Below, piece by piece: positions 1 through 11,500 of a stretch of 31,397 nt of DNA. The notes under the pieces were generated by a model. The model did not search any database and was not told the origin of the DNA. It was given only the letters and a program-made list of their open reading frames with translations. Positions within the stretch are counted from its first letter, which is position 1, and every line of letters starts with the position of its first letter. The stretch comes from an uncultured virus (IMG/VR IMGVR_UViG_3300006155_000009). Lineage: Duplodnaviria; Heunggongvirae; Uroviricota; Caudoviricetes. The stretch is taken from the IMG/VR virus record IMGVR_UViG_3300006155_000009, one strand, 5' to 3'. The translations under genes were made by a program, and so were the position numbers.

Positions 1-32
1 CCTCCCAAATTTATCTTTGGGGGAATGTGTAA

Positions 33-323
33 ATGGAAGTGACAATCAGCGCGGATATGCTCATCGAGCTGGCCGCGCTGCTGACCGCCCTGGGGGTGAT
101 CGGTGGCGTTGCCTTATGGTGCCACAGGTTTGTACTGCGGAACAAGAAGCAGGACGAGGCTATCGCGGCAATCCGCAACGAACAGACCCTTATCTGCTAT
201 GGGGTGCTTGCCTGCCTCAAGGGTCTTAAGGAGAAAGGGTGCAACGGCCCTGTAACTGCCGCCTTGGATAAGCTGGAGAAGCATCTGAACCAGGCGGCCC
301 ATGATGTTGAAGATACAGACTGA
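33..323 (+). CDS. Small membrane protein, holin/hemolysin-like (lysis cassette 1)
   Basis: 96 aa, one N-terminal hydrophobic helix (LIELAALLTALGVIGGVALW) and charged tail; purine-rich RBS; two genes upstream of the endolysin. Confidence 0.65.
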   Translation: MEVTISADMLIELAALLTALGVIGGVALWCHRFVLRNKKQDEAIAAIRNEQTLICYGVLACLKGLKEKGCNGPVTAALDKLEKHLNQAAHDVEDTD

Positions 324-344
324 ACTGCGAAAGGATGATGCGCA

Positions 345-767
345 ACGGACATCTTAAGGTCGATTTTAATCGCCGCTGCCGCTTTGATTGTGGGGGCTGC
401 CCTGGGTATCGTGTTCAGTGCGGCCACTATCCGGCATCTGCGGAAACGGGTGAAGGAACTGCGGACAGGAAAGCCCCGGCCCAATGTCCTGCAGTCGGTA
501 ACAAGGTTTCTGTTCGCTACCACCCAAATATTTGCGCTGGGTTGGGTGTCGGTGTCCTACGTCATCGCCGTTTATTCCACCGTCAAGCTATATCAGCCGT
601 TCCCGGTAGTGGAGCTCTCCCAGCAGGCCATTACCACCATTTTGGGAGTGAACGCGCTGAAGGTGCTGGAGAACATCTTCGAGCACAACGAGGGGATGGT
701 ATTCGGCAGAAGCAGGCAGGAAGATAAACCGCCCAATGAGGGCGGGGAAGAAGGAGGAGTCGGATAA
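345..767 (+). CDS. Multi-TM membrane protein of lysis cassette 1 (start uncertain: ACG at 345 or TTG at 384)
   Basis: Frame open from 339; RBS GAAAGGA at 329-335 is spaced for ACG at 345; several hydrophobic segments; similar to 23765-24133. Confidence 0.7.
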   Translation, partial: TDILRSILIAAAALIVGAALGIVFSAATIRHLRKRVKELRTGKPRPNVLQSVTRFLFATTQIFALGWVSVSYVIAVYSTVKLYQPFPVVELSQQAITTILGVNALKVLENIFEHNEGMVFGRSRQEDKPPNEGGEEGGVG

Positions 768-770
768 GCG

Positions 771-2111
771 ATGAATACTGAAGAAAGAATCTGGAGCTTT
801 CTGAAGGCCCAGGGGCTCACCGACGCTGGCGCCGCCGGCCTGATGGGGAACCTCTACGCAGAGTCTGGCCTGCGGCCCAACAACCTCCAGAACAGCTACG
901 AGGGGAAGCTGGGCATGGCCGATGCCGAGTACACCGAGAGGGTGGACAGCGGCAGCTACACCAACTTCGCCCATGATTGCGCCGGGTATGGACTGGCACA
1001 GTGGACGTACCACACTCGCAAGGCTAACCTGCATAAATTCGCCAAAGATGCAGGTAAGAGCATCGGCGACCTGGAGATGCAGCTTGGCTTTTTGATGCAG
1101 GAGCTGTCCACCAGCTACAAGACGGTTCTGGCCACGCTGAAGACCGCCACCAGTGTCCGGGCCGCCTCCGATGCCGTCCTGCTCCAGTTCGAACGCCCGG
1201 CGGATCAGAGCGAGGCCGTGAAGGCCAAGCGGGCCGGGTACGGCCAGAAGTATTTCGACAAGTACGCACAGAAAGGAAGTGTCAACACCATGGGATTTTC
1301 CAACAGCCCTTTGGCCACGGTCAAGCTGATTTCTCCCAATAAGACCGTCGGCCGGAACCACGCCATCGACACCATCACCATTCACTGCTTTGTCGGCCAG
1401 GTGACCGCCAAGCGGGGGTGCGAGGTGTTCCAGCCGAGCAGCAAGCAGGCGTCCTGCAACTATGTTGTGGGCTATGATGGCTCCATCGGCCTGTGTGTCG
1501 AGGAGAAGGACCGCTCTTGGTGTACGGGCGGCTACAAGAAGGTGAACGGGGTCAACGTCCCCATCCGGGTGAACGGGATCTCTGGCTCCTCCAACGACTA
1601 CCAGGCTGTTACCATTGAGGTGGCCTGTGAGGCCAAGCACCCCTACGCCATCACCGAGAAGGCCATGGCCGCGCTGATCGAGCTTTGTACCGACATCTGC
1701 CGGCGCAACGGCATCAAGAAACTGCTGTGGTCCGGTGACAAGAACCTGGTGGGCAACCCCGCCAAGCAGAACCTCACGGTTCACCGCTGGTTCGCCAACA
1801 AGGCGTGCCCCGGCGACTACATCTACCAGCGGCTCGGCGACATCGCCGCGAAGGTGAACGCCAAGTTGGGCGTTACTCCTCCGGCCGAAACTAAGCCGGT
1901 GAGTACGGTTCCATACAAGGTTCGCATCACTGCAACCGATCTGCGAATCCGAAAGGGTCCGGGTACCAATACGGATATTGTCCAGAAAGCCATCAAGCCC
2001 GGTGTCTACACCATCGTCAGTGAGGCAACCGGACAGGGCGCTATCCTCTGGGGTAAGCTCAAATCCGGCATTGGCTGGGTGTCCCTCGATTACTGCAAGA
2101 AGCTGTCGTAA
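771..2111 (+). CDS. Modular endolysin: phage tail lysozyme-like domain + N-acetylmuramoyl-L-alanine amidase (Amidase_2) + SH3-like cell-wall-binding domain
   Basis: GAAGLMGNLYAES..GYGLAQWT..FERP (lysozyme-like); ITIHC, SCNYVVG, TIEVA, HRWFANKACPG (zinc amidase); LRIRKGPGT..WGKLKSGIGWVSL (SH3b-like). Confidence 0.92.
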   Translation: MNTEERIWSFLKAQGLTDAGAAGLMGNLYAESGLRPNNLQNSYEGKLGMADAEYTERVDSGSYTNFAHDCAGYGLAQWTYHTRKANLHKFAKDAGKSIGDLEMQLGFLMQELSTSYKTVLATLKTATSVRAASDAVLLQFERPADQSEAVKAKRAGYGQKYFDKYAQKGSVNTMGFSNSPLATVKLISPNKTVGRNHAIDTITIHCFVGQVTAKRGCEVFQPSSKQASCNYVVGYDGSIGLCVEEKDRSWCTGGYKKVNGVNVPIRVNGISGSSNDYQAVTIEVACEAKHPYAITEKAMAALIELCTDICRRNGIKKLLWSGDKNLVGNPAKQNLTVHRWFANKACPGDYIYQRLGDIAAKVNAKLGVTPPAETKPVSTVPYKVRITATDLRIRKGPGTNTDIVQKAIKPGVYTIVSEATGQGAILWGKLKSGIGWVSLDYCKKLS

Positions 2112-2123
2112 AGGAGCAACCGT

Positions 2124-2501
2124 ATGATTACGTTCAGACAAAAGGGCGACTTCTCTCACCTGACCAAATTCTTAGAAAGAGCAAAAGAGGTTGTGCGCCT
2201 CGGTGATCTCGATAAGTACGGTCGCGCTGGAGTGGCCGCCCTTGCGTCTGCGACACCTGTCGACTCCGGATTGACGGCGAGTTCGTGGTATTACGAGATC
2301 ACAAACAAAAACGGGACGGCGACGATTTCGTTCCGTAACTCCAACATTCAAAATGGAGTTCCCATTGCCATCATCCTGCAATATGGACATGGCACCGGAA
2401 CAGGCGGCTGGGTAGAAGGGCGAGATTACATCAACCCCGCTATCCAGCCTATTTTTGACCAAATTGCGAATGACGCATGGAAGGAGGTTGAACGGTTATG
2501 A
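2124..2501 (+). CDS. Tail completion/neck protein, HK97 gp10-like
   Basis: TPVDSG..SW..AIILQYGHGT..GRDYINPA pattern typical of the gp10-like family; RBS AAGGAG; ATGA overlap with the tape measure gene. Confidence 0.75.
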   Translation: MITFRQKGDFSHLTKFLERAKEVVRLGDLDKYGRAGVAALASATPVDSGLTASSWYYEITNKNGTATISFRNSNIQNGVPIAIILQYGHGTGTGGWVEGRDYINPAIQPIFDQIANDAWKEVERL

Positions 2502-5500
2502 GCAGGACAGTCGATGAGAGAGTCGTAGAAATGCGATTTGATAACAAGCAGTTTGAATCCGGTGTGCAAACGAGTTTGTCAACTCTGGAGAAGCTCAAGA
2601 GAGGCTTAGATCTGGATGGGGCCGCGAAAGGCTTTGACCAACTCAGCACGGCTGCTAAGAAATGCGATATGTCCGCAATCGGGCGCTCTGTCGAGACTGT
2701 ACAAGCAAAATTCTCGGCATTTGAAGTCGTAGCTATGACTGCTCTCTCCAACATCACCAATTCTGCGGTGAATGCTGGTAAGCGTCTTCTCTCCTCCCTG
2801 ACCATCGAGCCGATTTCGACGGGTTTCAGTGAGTATGAGCTTAAGATGGGTTCTATCCAGACCATCATGGCAAGTACCGGTGAAAGCCTGGACAAAGTCA
2901 ATCAGAAACTGGACGAACTGAACAAGTATTCAGACCGCACCATCTACTCCTTCTCTGATATGACCTCCAACATCGGTAAGTTCACCAATGCCGGTGTTAA
3001 GCTGGATGACGCCGTTGCCGCAATTCAGGGCGTCAGCAACGTGGCCGCTGTATCTGGCGCAAACGCCAATGAAGCATCCCGAGCAATGTACAACTTTGCT
3101 CAGGCGCTCTCGGCAGGCTACGTTAAGCTGATTGACTGGAAGTCCATCGAGAATGCCAACATGGCTACTGTTGAGTTCAAGACACAGCTTCTTGAATCTG
3201 CTGTTGCAGCTGGTACTTTAACGAGGACCGCCGATGGCATGTATAAGACTTTGGCGAAGGGGACTGTTATTGATGCGACCCATATGTTCAATGATAGTCT
3301 TCAGGAGCAGTGGATGACCACGGAGGTCTTGACTTCGACGCTGAAAGATTATGCTGATGAAACTACAGAAATCGGCAAGAAAGCCTTTGCGGCTGCTCAG
3401 GATGTCAAAACCTGGTCTCAGCTTTTAGACACTCTTAAAGAGAGTGCTCAGTCCGGTTGGGCCGAGACCTGGCAGTTGATCGCTGGTGACTACGAAGAGG
3501 CGAAGACAACGCTTCGTACTTTCTCCGAATTTTTCAGCAGCATTATTGACGGGTCGTCCGAAGCAAGAAACTCGCTTCTCCAAGGAGCCCTGATGTCAAG
3601 CTGGGGGCAACTCAAAAATCGAGTCAATGAAACAGGAATCTCTGTCGATTCATTCCGAGATACCCTTCGGGAGACCGCTGAGGGTTCTGTTGAAGGTTTG
3701 GACAAGATGATTGAGGAAGCCGGCTCATTTGATGCTGCCCTTTCCAAGGGTTGGCTGACCACCGACATTCTCTCTGATACGCTGGACAATTTGGTCAGCA
3801 AAGCCGCCGGCACGCAGGTCAGCATTTCGGAACTGTCGGATGAGCAACTTCAAAATATCGGCTATACCCAGGAGCAGATTGATGCTCTTCGAGCCCTTTC
3901 AGAGGAAGCCAAATCTTCAGACAGCAATCTTGCTTCTCTGGTCAGCACTTTGGGTCGTCAGAGTGGTCGTGAACTCCTGTTCGATTCTCTCCTGAATGGC
4001 GCAAAGGCTGTTCAGGGGTTATTCCAGACCATCAAAGGCGCTTGGCAGGATATTTTCCCTCCTGCCACATCTGAGCAGCTCTATTCTTTTATCGAAGCTC
4101 TCCACTCCACATCTGAGAGGATAAGAGATTTCTTCACACAGGCGGAGGAAGGTTCGGATGGGTTTACTGGAGCTATCAACAAGCCACTACAAGACATCGG
4201 AAACACATTCAAAGGCCTCTTTGCGATACTCGACATCGTGAAACAAGCCTTTAGTGCTTTGTGGCGTGTCATCACTCCGGCTGGGTCTGCTGTCGGAGGG
4301 CTGCTTACTGGCGTCCTCGGACTGACTGGGTCTTTTGGCGAATGGCTTGTTAAACTTGACGAGTCTATCAAGAAAGGTGATGTCTTCTACAAGGGGCTCA
4401 AAACTATCGTGGACGTCGTGAAAGGCGCTATTACTGCTGTAACTGGCTTTGCAGCCGCGATTGGCGAGAGTTTGGGCTTCCCTGGTCTCGATGGGGCAAC
4501 GGCTTCCGTTGAAGCTTTCCTTGGGACTTTGAAAGAGAAAGTCGGAGCGCCGGGCCTGGAGAAATTGCAGGTCGTTTTTGATGGTATCTGCACAAGGGTC
4601 AAGTGGGTGAAAGACGGCATTGTCGGAATGAAAGATAGTGTTGTCGACTCGATGGGTGAGATTGACGGGGCTGTTTCCGGGAATAAATTTGTTCAGGTCC
4701 TGACGGGCATTGGAACCCTTATCAGACAGGTCGCCAGTGCTATCGGAGGGCTGCTCGGAAAAGCTATCGACGGTCTTATCAATACCCTGAGCAACGCCAA
4801 TTTCAACGGCATCCTTGATTTCCTGAACGCTTTGGCCGCTGGCGGCATTATAGCCGCAATCAACAAATTCATCGATCCTGTAGAGGAACTGGAGAATACA
4901 TTTACCAGCCTCAAGGATTGGGTCAAGGGCCTCGGTGGCGGTGTCACCAAGATTTTGGATGGTGTTCGTGGAAGTCTGGAGGCTTGGCAGACAAAGTTGA
5001 AGTCCGATGCTTTGGGTAAGATCGCCGCATCTATCGCCGTACTCTCCGTCAGTTTGCTGGTGCTCTCATCTATTGACTCTGACAAAGTAACTGGTTCACT
5101 TGCCGCTATGGGCACTATGTTCGCAGAACTTATAGCGTCTATGGCTGTTTTGGACAAGTTGAGCATTGACGGAAAAGCCGCCAACAAAACTGCTTCGGCC
5201 ATGATAAAGATGGGAGCGGCGCTCCTGGTTCTGAGTCTGGCCATGAAGAACATTGGCGAGTTAGAGCCGGAACAGTTAGCGGAAGGCCTGATTGGCGTCG
5301 GCGTGTTGCTGGCAGAGATCGACCTATTCCTTAATACAGCCAAGTTCGACAAGAATGCTTCCAAATCTGCGACAGGTATGATCCTGTTTGCTGCTGCAAT
5401 CAAAATACTCTCTACCGCAGTAAAGAGCCTCGGAGAGATGGATTGGGATGATATGGCGAAGGGGCTTGTCGGCGTGGGGGTTCTCCTGGCCGAAGTCGAA

Positions 5501-8500
5501 ATTTTCCTGAACAATGCAAAGTTCAATGGAAAGGCTGTTTTGACTGCTACGGGTATCGTCATTCTTGCCTCTGCGATCAAGGTTCTTGCCTCCGCCTGTA
5601 AAGATTTTGGCTCTATGTCGTGGGGTGAAATCACTAAGGGTCTGGCATCTATTGCTGCACTTCTGCTGGAGATCACAGCGTTCACTAAACTGACCGGCGA
5701 TGCCAAACACGTTATCTCAACCGGTCTTGCCTTGATTGAAATTGCTGCCGCTATGAAGATATTTGCATCTGCGATGTCTGACTTTGGCAGTATGAGCGGT
5801 TCAGAGATTGCAAAGGGTCTTATGGCTATGGGTGGAGCTCTCGCTGAAGTGGCGATTGCTGTAAATCTGATGCCCAAGAACATGGTCAGTGTTGGGGCCG
5901 GCCTGGTCGTTGTCGGTGCGGCACTCAAGATTGTAGCCAGTGCTCTTTCCTCAATGGGCAACATGAGCTGGGAAGAGATCGCTAAAGGTCTTGTAGCTAT
6001 GGGCGGTGCTCTTGCCGAACTGGCTATCGGTCTGAACGTCATGAACGGAACGCTGGCCGGTTCTGCTGCGCTACTTGTGGCCGCTGGAGCGTTGACCGTT
6101 CTGACTCCGGTGCTCGTGATTCTTGGCAACATGAGCTGGGAAGCTATTGCAAAGGGTCTTATTACAGTTGCGGGAGCTTTCACAATTATGGGTGTGGCAG
6201 GAGCGGTTCTCGGCTCGTTGGCTCCGTCTATCCTTGCCATTTCCGGAGCACTGGCCCTGCTCGGAGTTGGTTCCGTTGCTATTGGAGCAGGCCTTACACT
6301 GATTGGTACAGGGCTGACCTCCATCGCAGTGGGTTTAACATCGTTGGCAGCCTCCTTCGCCTCCAGCGGAGCCCTCATCGTTGGTGGACTTTCAGCCATT
6401 GTTCTCGGATTCGCAGGGCTTATTCCGGCTATTGCCGAGAAAATCGGCGAGGCTATTGTGGCATTCTGCGGTGCCATTTCAAGTGGCACTCCAGCCATTG
6501 GCGAGGCTGTGAAAGCCATTGTTCTGACTTTGGTTGACATCCTCGTTGAGTGCGTTCCCGCTATTGCTGACGGTGCTCTTCAGTTGGTGACTGGCGTCTT
6601 AGCGTCTCTGGTTACTTATACACCCCAAATCGTAGATTCTGTTATGCAGTTCTTGATTGAGGTGCTTGAAGGAATTGCTCGCAATGTACCTCAGCTTGTT
6701 CAGGCAGCAATGGACGTAGTCGGCGCATTCTTCGCTGGCGTCCTGAGTGCTTTGAGCAATATCGACAGCGGTTCCCTTATTCAGGGGATCGCTGCTGTTG
6801 GTCTGCTTACAGCATTAGTCGCTGCACTCGGCGCTGTCTCGGGACTTATTCCGGCGGCCATGACCGGTGTTCTCGGAATGGGAGTTGTCATCACCGAACT
6901 CGCTGTCGTTCTGGCCGCCATTGGAGCTTTGGCACAAATTCCTGGCCTTGAGTGGCTTATCAGTGAGGGTGGTCAATTCCTCCAAACTGTCGGGAATGCG
7001 ATTGGCGGTTTTGTCGGCGGAATCGTTGGTGGATTCATGAGCGGAGTTTCCAGTTCGTTCCCTCAGATCGGGGCGGATCTGTCTTCGTTCATGACAAATG
7101 TGAAGCCATTTATTGACGGAGCCAGAAGCATCAACCCAGACATGCTCACTGGGGTCAAAGCGCTTACCGAAGCAATCATTCTCATTACTGCCGCTGATCT
7201 GCTGGAGGGATTGACCTCTTGGCTTACTGGCGGTTCCTCTTTGTCTGACTTCGCAGAACAGCTTGTGCCGTTTGGCGAGGCCATGATGAAGTTCTCCAAC
7301 ACCATTTCCGGTTTGGACGGAGATTTGGTCAGCACCGCTGCTATTGCTGGCAAAACACTGGCTGAAATGGCCGCTACTTTACCCAATACCGGAGGAGTAG
7401 TCGGATTCTTTGTTGGTGAAAACGACATGGAAGAGTTTGGGAATCAGCTCTCTGGCTTTGGCAAGTCTATGATGGACTTTGCTGACAGCATCAAGGGATT
7501 GGACTCCAACGCTGTTCAAAATGCCGCGATTGCCGGTAAGGCAATGGCCGAAATGGCTGCTACCTTGCCCAATACTGGAGGTGCAGTGTCCTTCTTCACC
7601 GGAAACAACGATATGGACACCTTTGGCGATCAGCTTGTCCCATTCGGCAAGGCTATTAAGGAATATTCCAATGCTGTGGCCGGTCTTGACGCAGACGCCG
7701 TTGTGAACTCGGCAACAGCCGGTAAGGCTCTTGTAGAACTTGCAAACACCATTCCCAATACTGGTGGAGCGGTTGCGTTCTTCACAGGAGACAATGACCT
7801 TGCAACCTTTGGCGAACAGATTGTTGTCTTTGGTAAAGCCATGAAGGAGTATTCGCAGACTGTTTCTGGTCTGGATGCCGAGGCTGTTACCAATTCCGCT
7901 ACAGCAGGAGCAATCCTCGTGGAGCTTGCAAATACCGTTCCGAATACGGGTGGGCTTGTAAGCTTCTTTGCAGGGGATAACGATCTCGAAACCTTTGGTG
8001 AGCAAATCGTTCCGTTCGGCGAGGCTATGAAGGCCTACTCCGATTCCATCACCGGCATCGATGCGGAAGCGGTAACTGCATCTACTACTGCGGCTCAGGC
8101 ACTCGCTCAGCTTCAAGCCTCTCTGCCAAACATGGGCGGGCTTGTTGATTTCTTCACCGGAAGTAATGATCTTTCTACATTCGCAGAAGGTATTATTCCC
8201 TTCGGTGAGGCGATGAAGTCCTATGGCCAATCGGTGTCTGGTATTGATGCTGAAGCCATTACTGCATCTGCCGTAGCGGCTCAGGCACTTTCCCAACTCC
8301 AAGCGACCCTCCCCAATGTTGGCGGGGTCATGGAGTTTTTCACCGGTGGAAATGACCTTGGCAAATTCTCTGAGGGGCTGGTCCCCTTTGGAGCAGCCAT
8401 GAAGTCGTATAGTGATTCTGTAGCCGGAATCAATGCAGAGGCTATTACTGCATCCGCCACTGCGGCCAAATCTCTGGCTGAGCTCCAGTCTGTTCTTCCG

Positions 8501-11500
8501 AATGTGGGAGGCGTCATGGAATTCTTCACTGGCGGTAACGATCTCGGTACTTTCGCCGCCGGCATCATTCCTTTCGGCGCAGCTATGAAGTCCTATGGGG
8601 AGGCTGTCGCCGACATCAATGCGGAAGCAATCACCGCATCCGCAATCGCGGCACAATCTCTTGCCCAACTGCAAACCACGCTTCCGGCAGTTGGCGGTGT
8701 GATGGAGTTCTTCACGGGAGGTAATGATCTTGCCACATTCGCCGCTACTATTGTTCCGTTTGGAGCGGCTATGAAATCCTACGGAGAAGCTGTTGCCGAA
8801 ATTAACACCGAGTCCATCACCGCATCCGCAATCGCGGCACAATCCCTTGCACAGCTTCAGACCACACTTCCGCAAATCGGCGGAGTTATGGAATTCTTCA
8901 CAGGCAGCTACGATCTTGCGGCCTTTGGTGAATCCCTCATTCCATTTGGCGAAGCTATGAGCTCCTATGGAGCCGCTGTCGCTGGTATTGATGCTGGAGC
9001 TGTGACAAATTCGGCGACTGCCGGACAGGCCCTTGTGGAGTTGGCCAACACCCTTCCGAAATGTGGAGGATTGGCAGAGGTATTTACCGGAAGCAATAGC
9101 TTGGCCGCTTTCGGCGATGATATTATTCAGTTTGGCGAAGACCTCTCTGCCTACGCCAACGCCATCAAAGATGTTAAACCGGAAATCGTAACAGCCTCCG
9201 CGAATGCCGCACAAGCTCTGTCTAATTTGGCAACCGGTCTTCCGGATAGCAGTCTCTTTGACAAATGGTTCGGCGGCGACCAAACCCTTGCTTCCTTTGG
9301 CAAAGATATTGCCTCGTTTGGAACCGACATGGGTAATTACTATTCCAAGGTAGCCAGTATTGATTTGACGAAGCTATCCGGGGTTGTTGCTCAAGTTTGG
9401 TCTCTTGTTGATCTGGCTAAAGGAATTCAGGGCGTTGACGCAAGTGGTCTCAGTTCGTTTGGAAATTCGTTGAAAATCATGGCGAATACTGGGATTTCTG
9501 AGTTCACCTCGGCGTTCTCAAATTCAACCGCTGAAGTCAGCAAAGCCGTTCAGGGTATGCTGAGTTCCGTAAGCGTCTCAATCACAAATGGCAAAACTCT
9601 CACTACCCCTGGTATGGAATCTGTGATGAAGTCGCTGGCCGACGTCGTTACGAAGAAGGCCACGGAGATCAACAACTCTGTAACGACAATGATGAAGGGC
9701 GTTGCAACTACTATTCGTAGTAGTGACTCATCTATCAAGAGCGCGATGCAGACCGCACTCTCTGGAGCAGTTACCACTGTGAACAGTCTGAAGCCGCAAT
9801 TCGAGACTGCTGGTGAGAATGCAGGCCAAGGCTTTGTCAATGGTATTCGTTCGATGCTTGATAGCTCAAGCGCGGCAGGCCGAAGTTTGGCATTGGCCGC
9901 ATTAAATGCTGCTAAGAAGGCATTGGATAGTCATTCACCTTCTCGTGAGTTCATCCATCTGGGTGAAAATATGGGCGAGGGGTTGGCTATTGGCGCTAAG
10001 AACAGTATTGTCCCAGCTTCTCAGGCAACCTCTACAATGATCGACGAGGTTCTTAAGGTCAGTTCCAAGGGGATTGACGCATTCCAGGAGTGGGCAGAGG
10101 AAAAGAAGTATTATGGTGAACTCAGCCTAAAAGACGAACTGGCAGGCTATGAGCGCCTACAGCAGATGTACAGGGCCGGAAGCGAAGAGCGCATCAAGAT
10201 TGACCGAGAGGTCTACCGAATTCAAAATGAGCTCGTTGCGTCCACTTATCAAGCGTCTATTAACTGGATCGAGGAGGAGAAGTATTACAACCGGCTCAGT
10301 ACGCAGGAAGAACTCGAAGCGTATGAGCGGATGCAGAAGCGATACTTGGAGGGCAGCGAGGAACGTAAGAAAATTGACCGCGAGGTCTACGCTCTTCGTA
10401 ATCAGCTCATGGATGAATCTTATCAGCACTCCATGGACTGGATCGAAGAGGAGAAGTATTACAACCGAATGAGCCTTTCCGATGAGCTCGCCGCTTACAA
10501 GCGGGTGCAAAGCCGATATGCGAAGGGCACCGATGAGCGCAAGAAGATGGATCGTGAGGTCTACCGGCTTGAACAAGAAATCTATGAGGCCCAGAAGCAG
10601 TACATTAGCGACGTTCAGAGTGTCCAGAGCGAAGCAAATCAGAAACGTTTGGATCTCGAAGAGGAGTATGCCAATAAGGTCAAGTCCATCAACGAGAAAT
10701 TAGCGTCTGATATCCAATCGCTGAATGATAAGTATCAAAGCGCATTGGAATCTCGCACCAATAGTCTTTACCAGTCCTATGGCCTCTTTGATGAGGTTAA
10801 GGAGCGGGAAGAAGTCAGTGGTGAAACGCTGATGAAGAACCTGACCGATCAGGTGAAGGAGTTTGGTGAGTGGCAGGATATTTTGGATAGCCTTTCTGCA
10901 AGAGGTCTGGATTCCGAGCTTGTCGGAGAGCTCCAAGAGATGGGCCCGTCCGCAATCGCGCAGATTAAAGCTCTCAACTCCATGAGCGATTCCGAGTTGG
11001 AGAAGTATGCTGCACTTTGGTCTATCAAGCACGCCCAAGCTCGTGAGCAGGCTGTTGGTGAGCTGGAAGGGCTCCGAATCGAAACCCAGAACAACATTGC
11101 TCAGCTTCGGGTCGATGCTGAACGGGAACTGGATGACTATCGTGCCACCTGGCAGACCAAGATGAACCAGGTCACCATCGATGCCAACAGGGAATTGGAA
11201 GAACTTCGTCAGGCCTTTGGCGAGAAAGTCGGTCTTATCAAGAAGGATACCGAAAAGGAAACGCAAGAGATGGCCGATGCCGCTCAAGCGATCCTTAAGG
11301 AAGCCGGATGGGATGAGACTGGCAAGCAGATCGTAACAGGCATTAAGGCTGGCGTCGAAGAGGAAAAGCCCAATTTCCTGGATGCTTTGACTCAGATGGC
11401 GTTGGACGGTGTTCAGGCTGTGAAAGACACACTTGACATCAACTCTCCTTCTCGGGTATTCCAGGAACTTGGTAACTTTACCGGTCTTGGTTTTGTGAAG

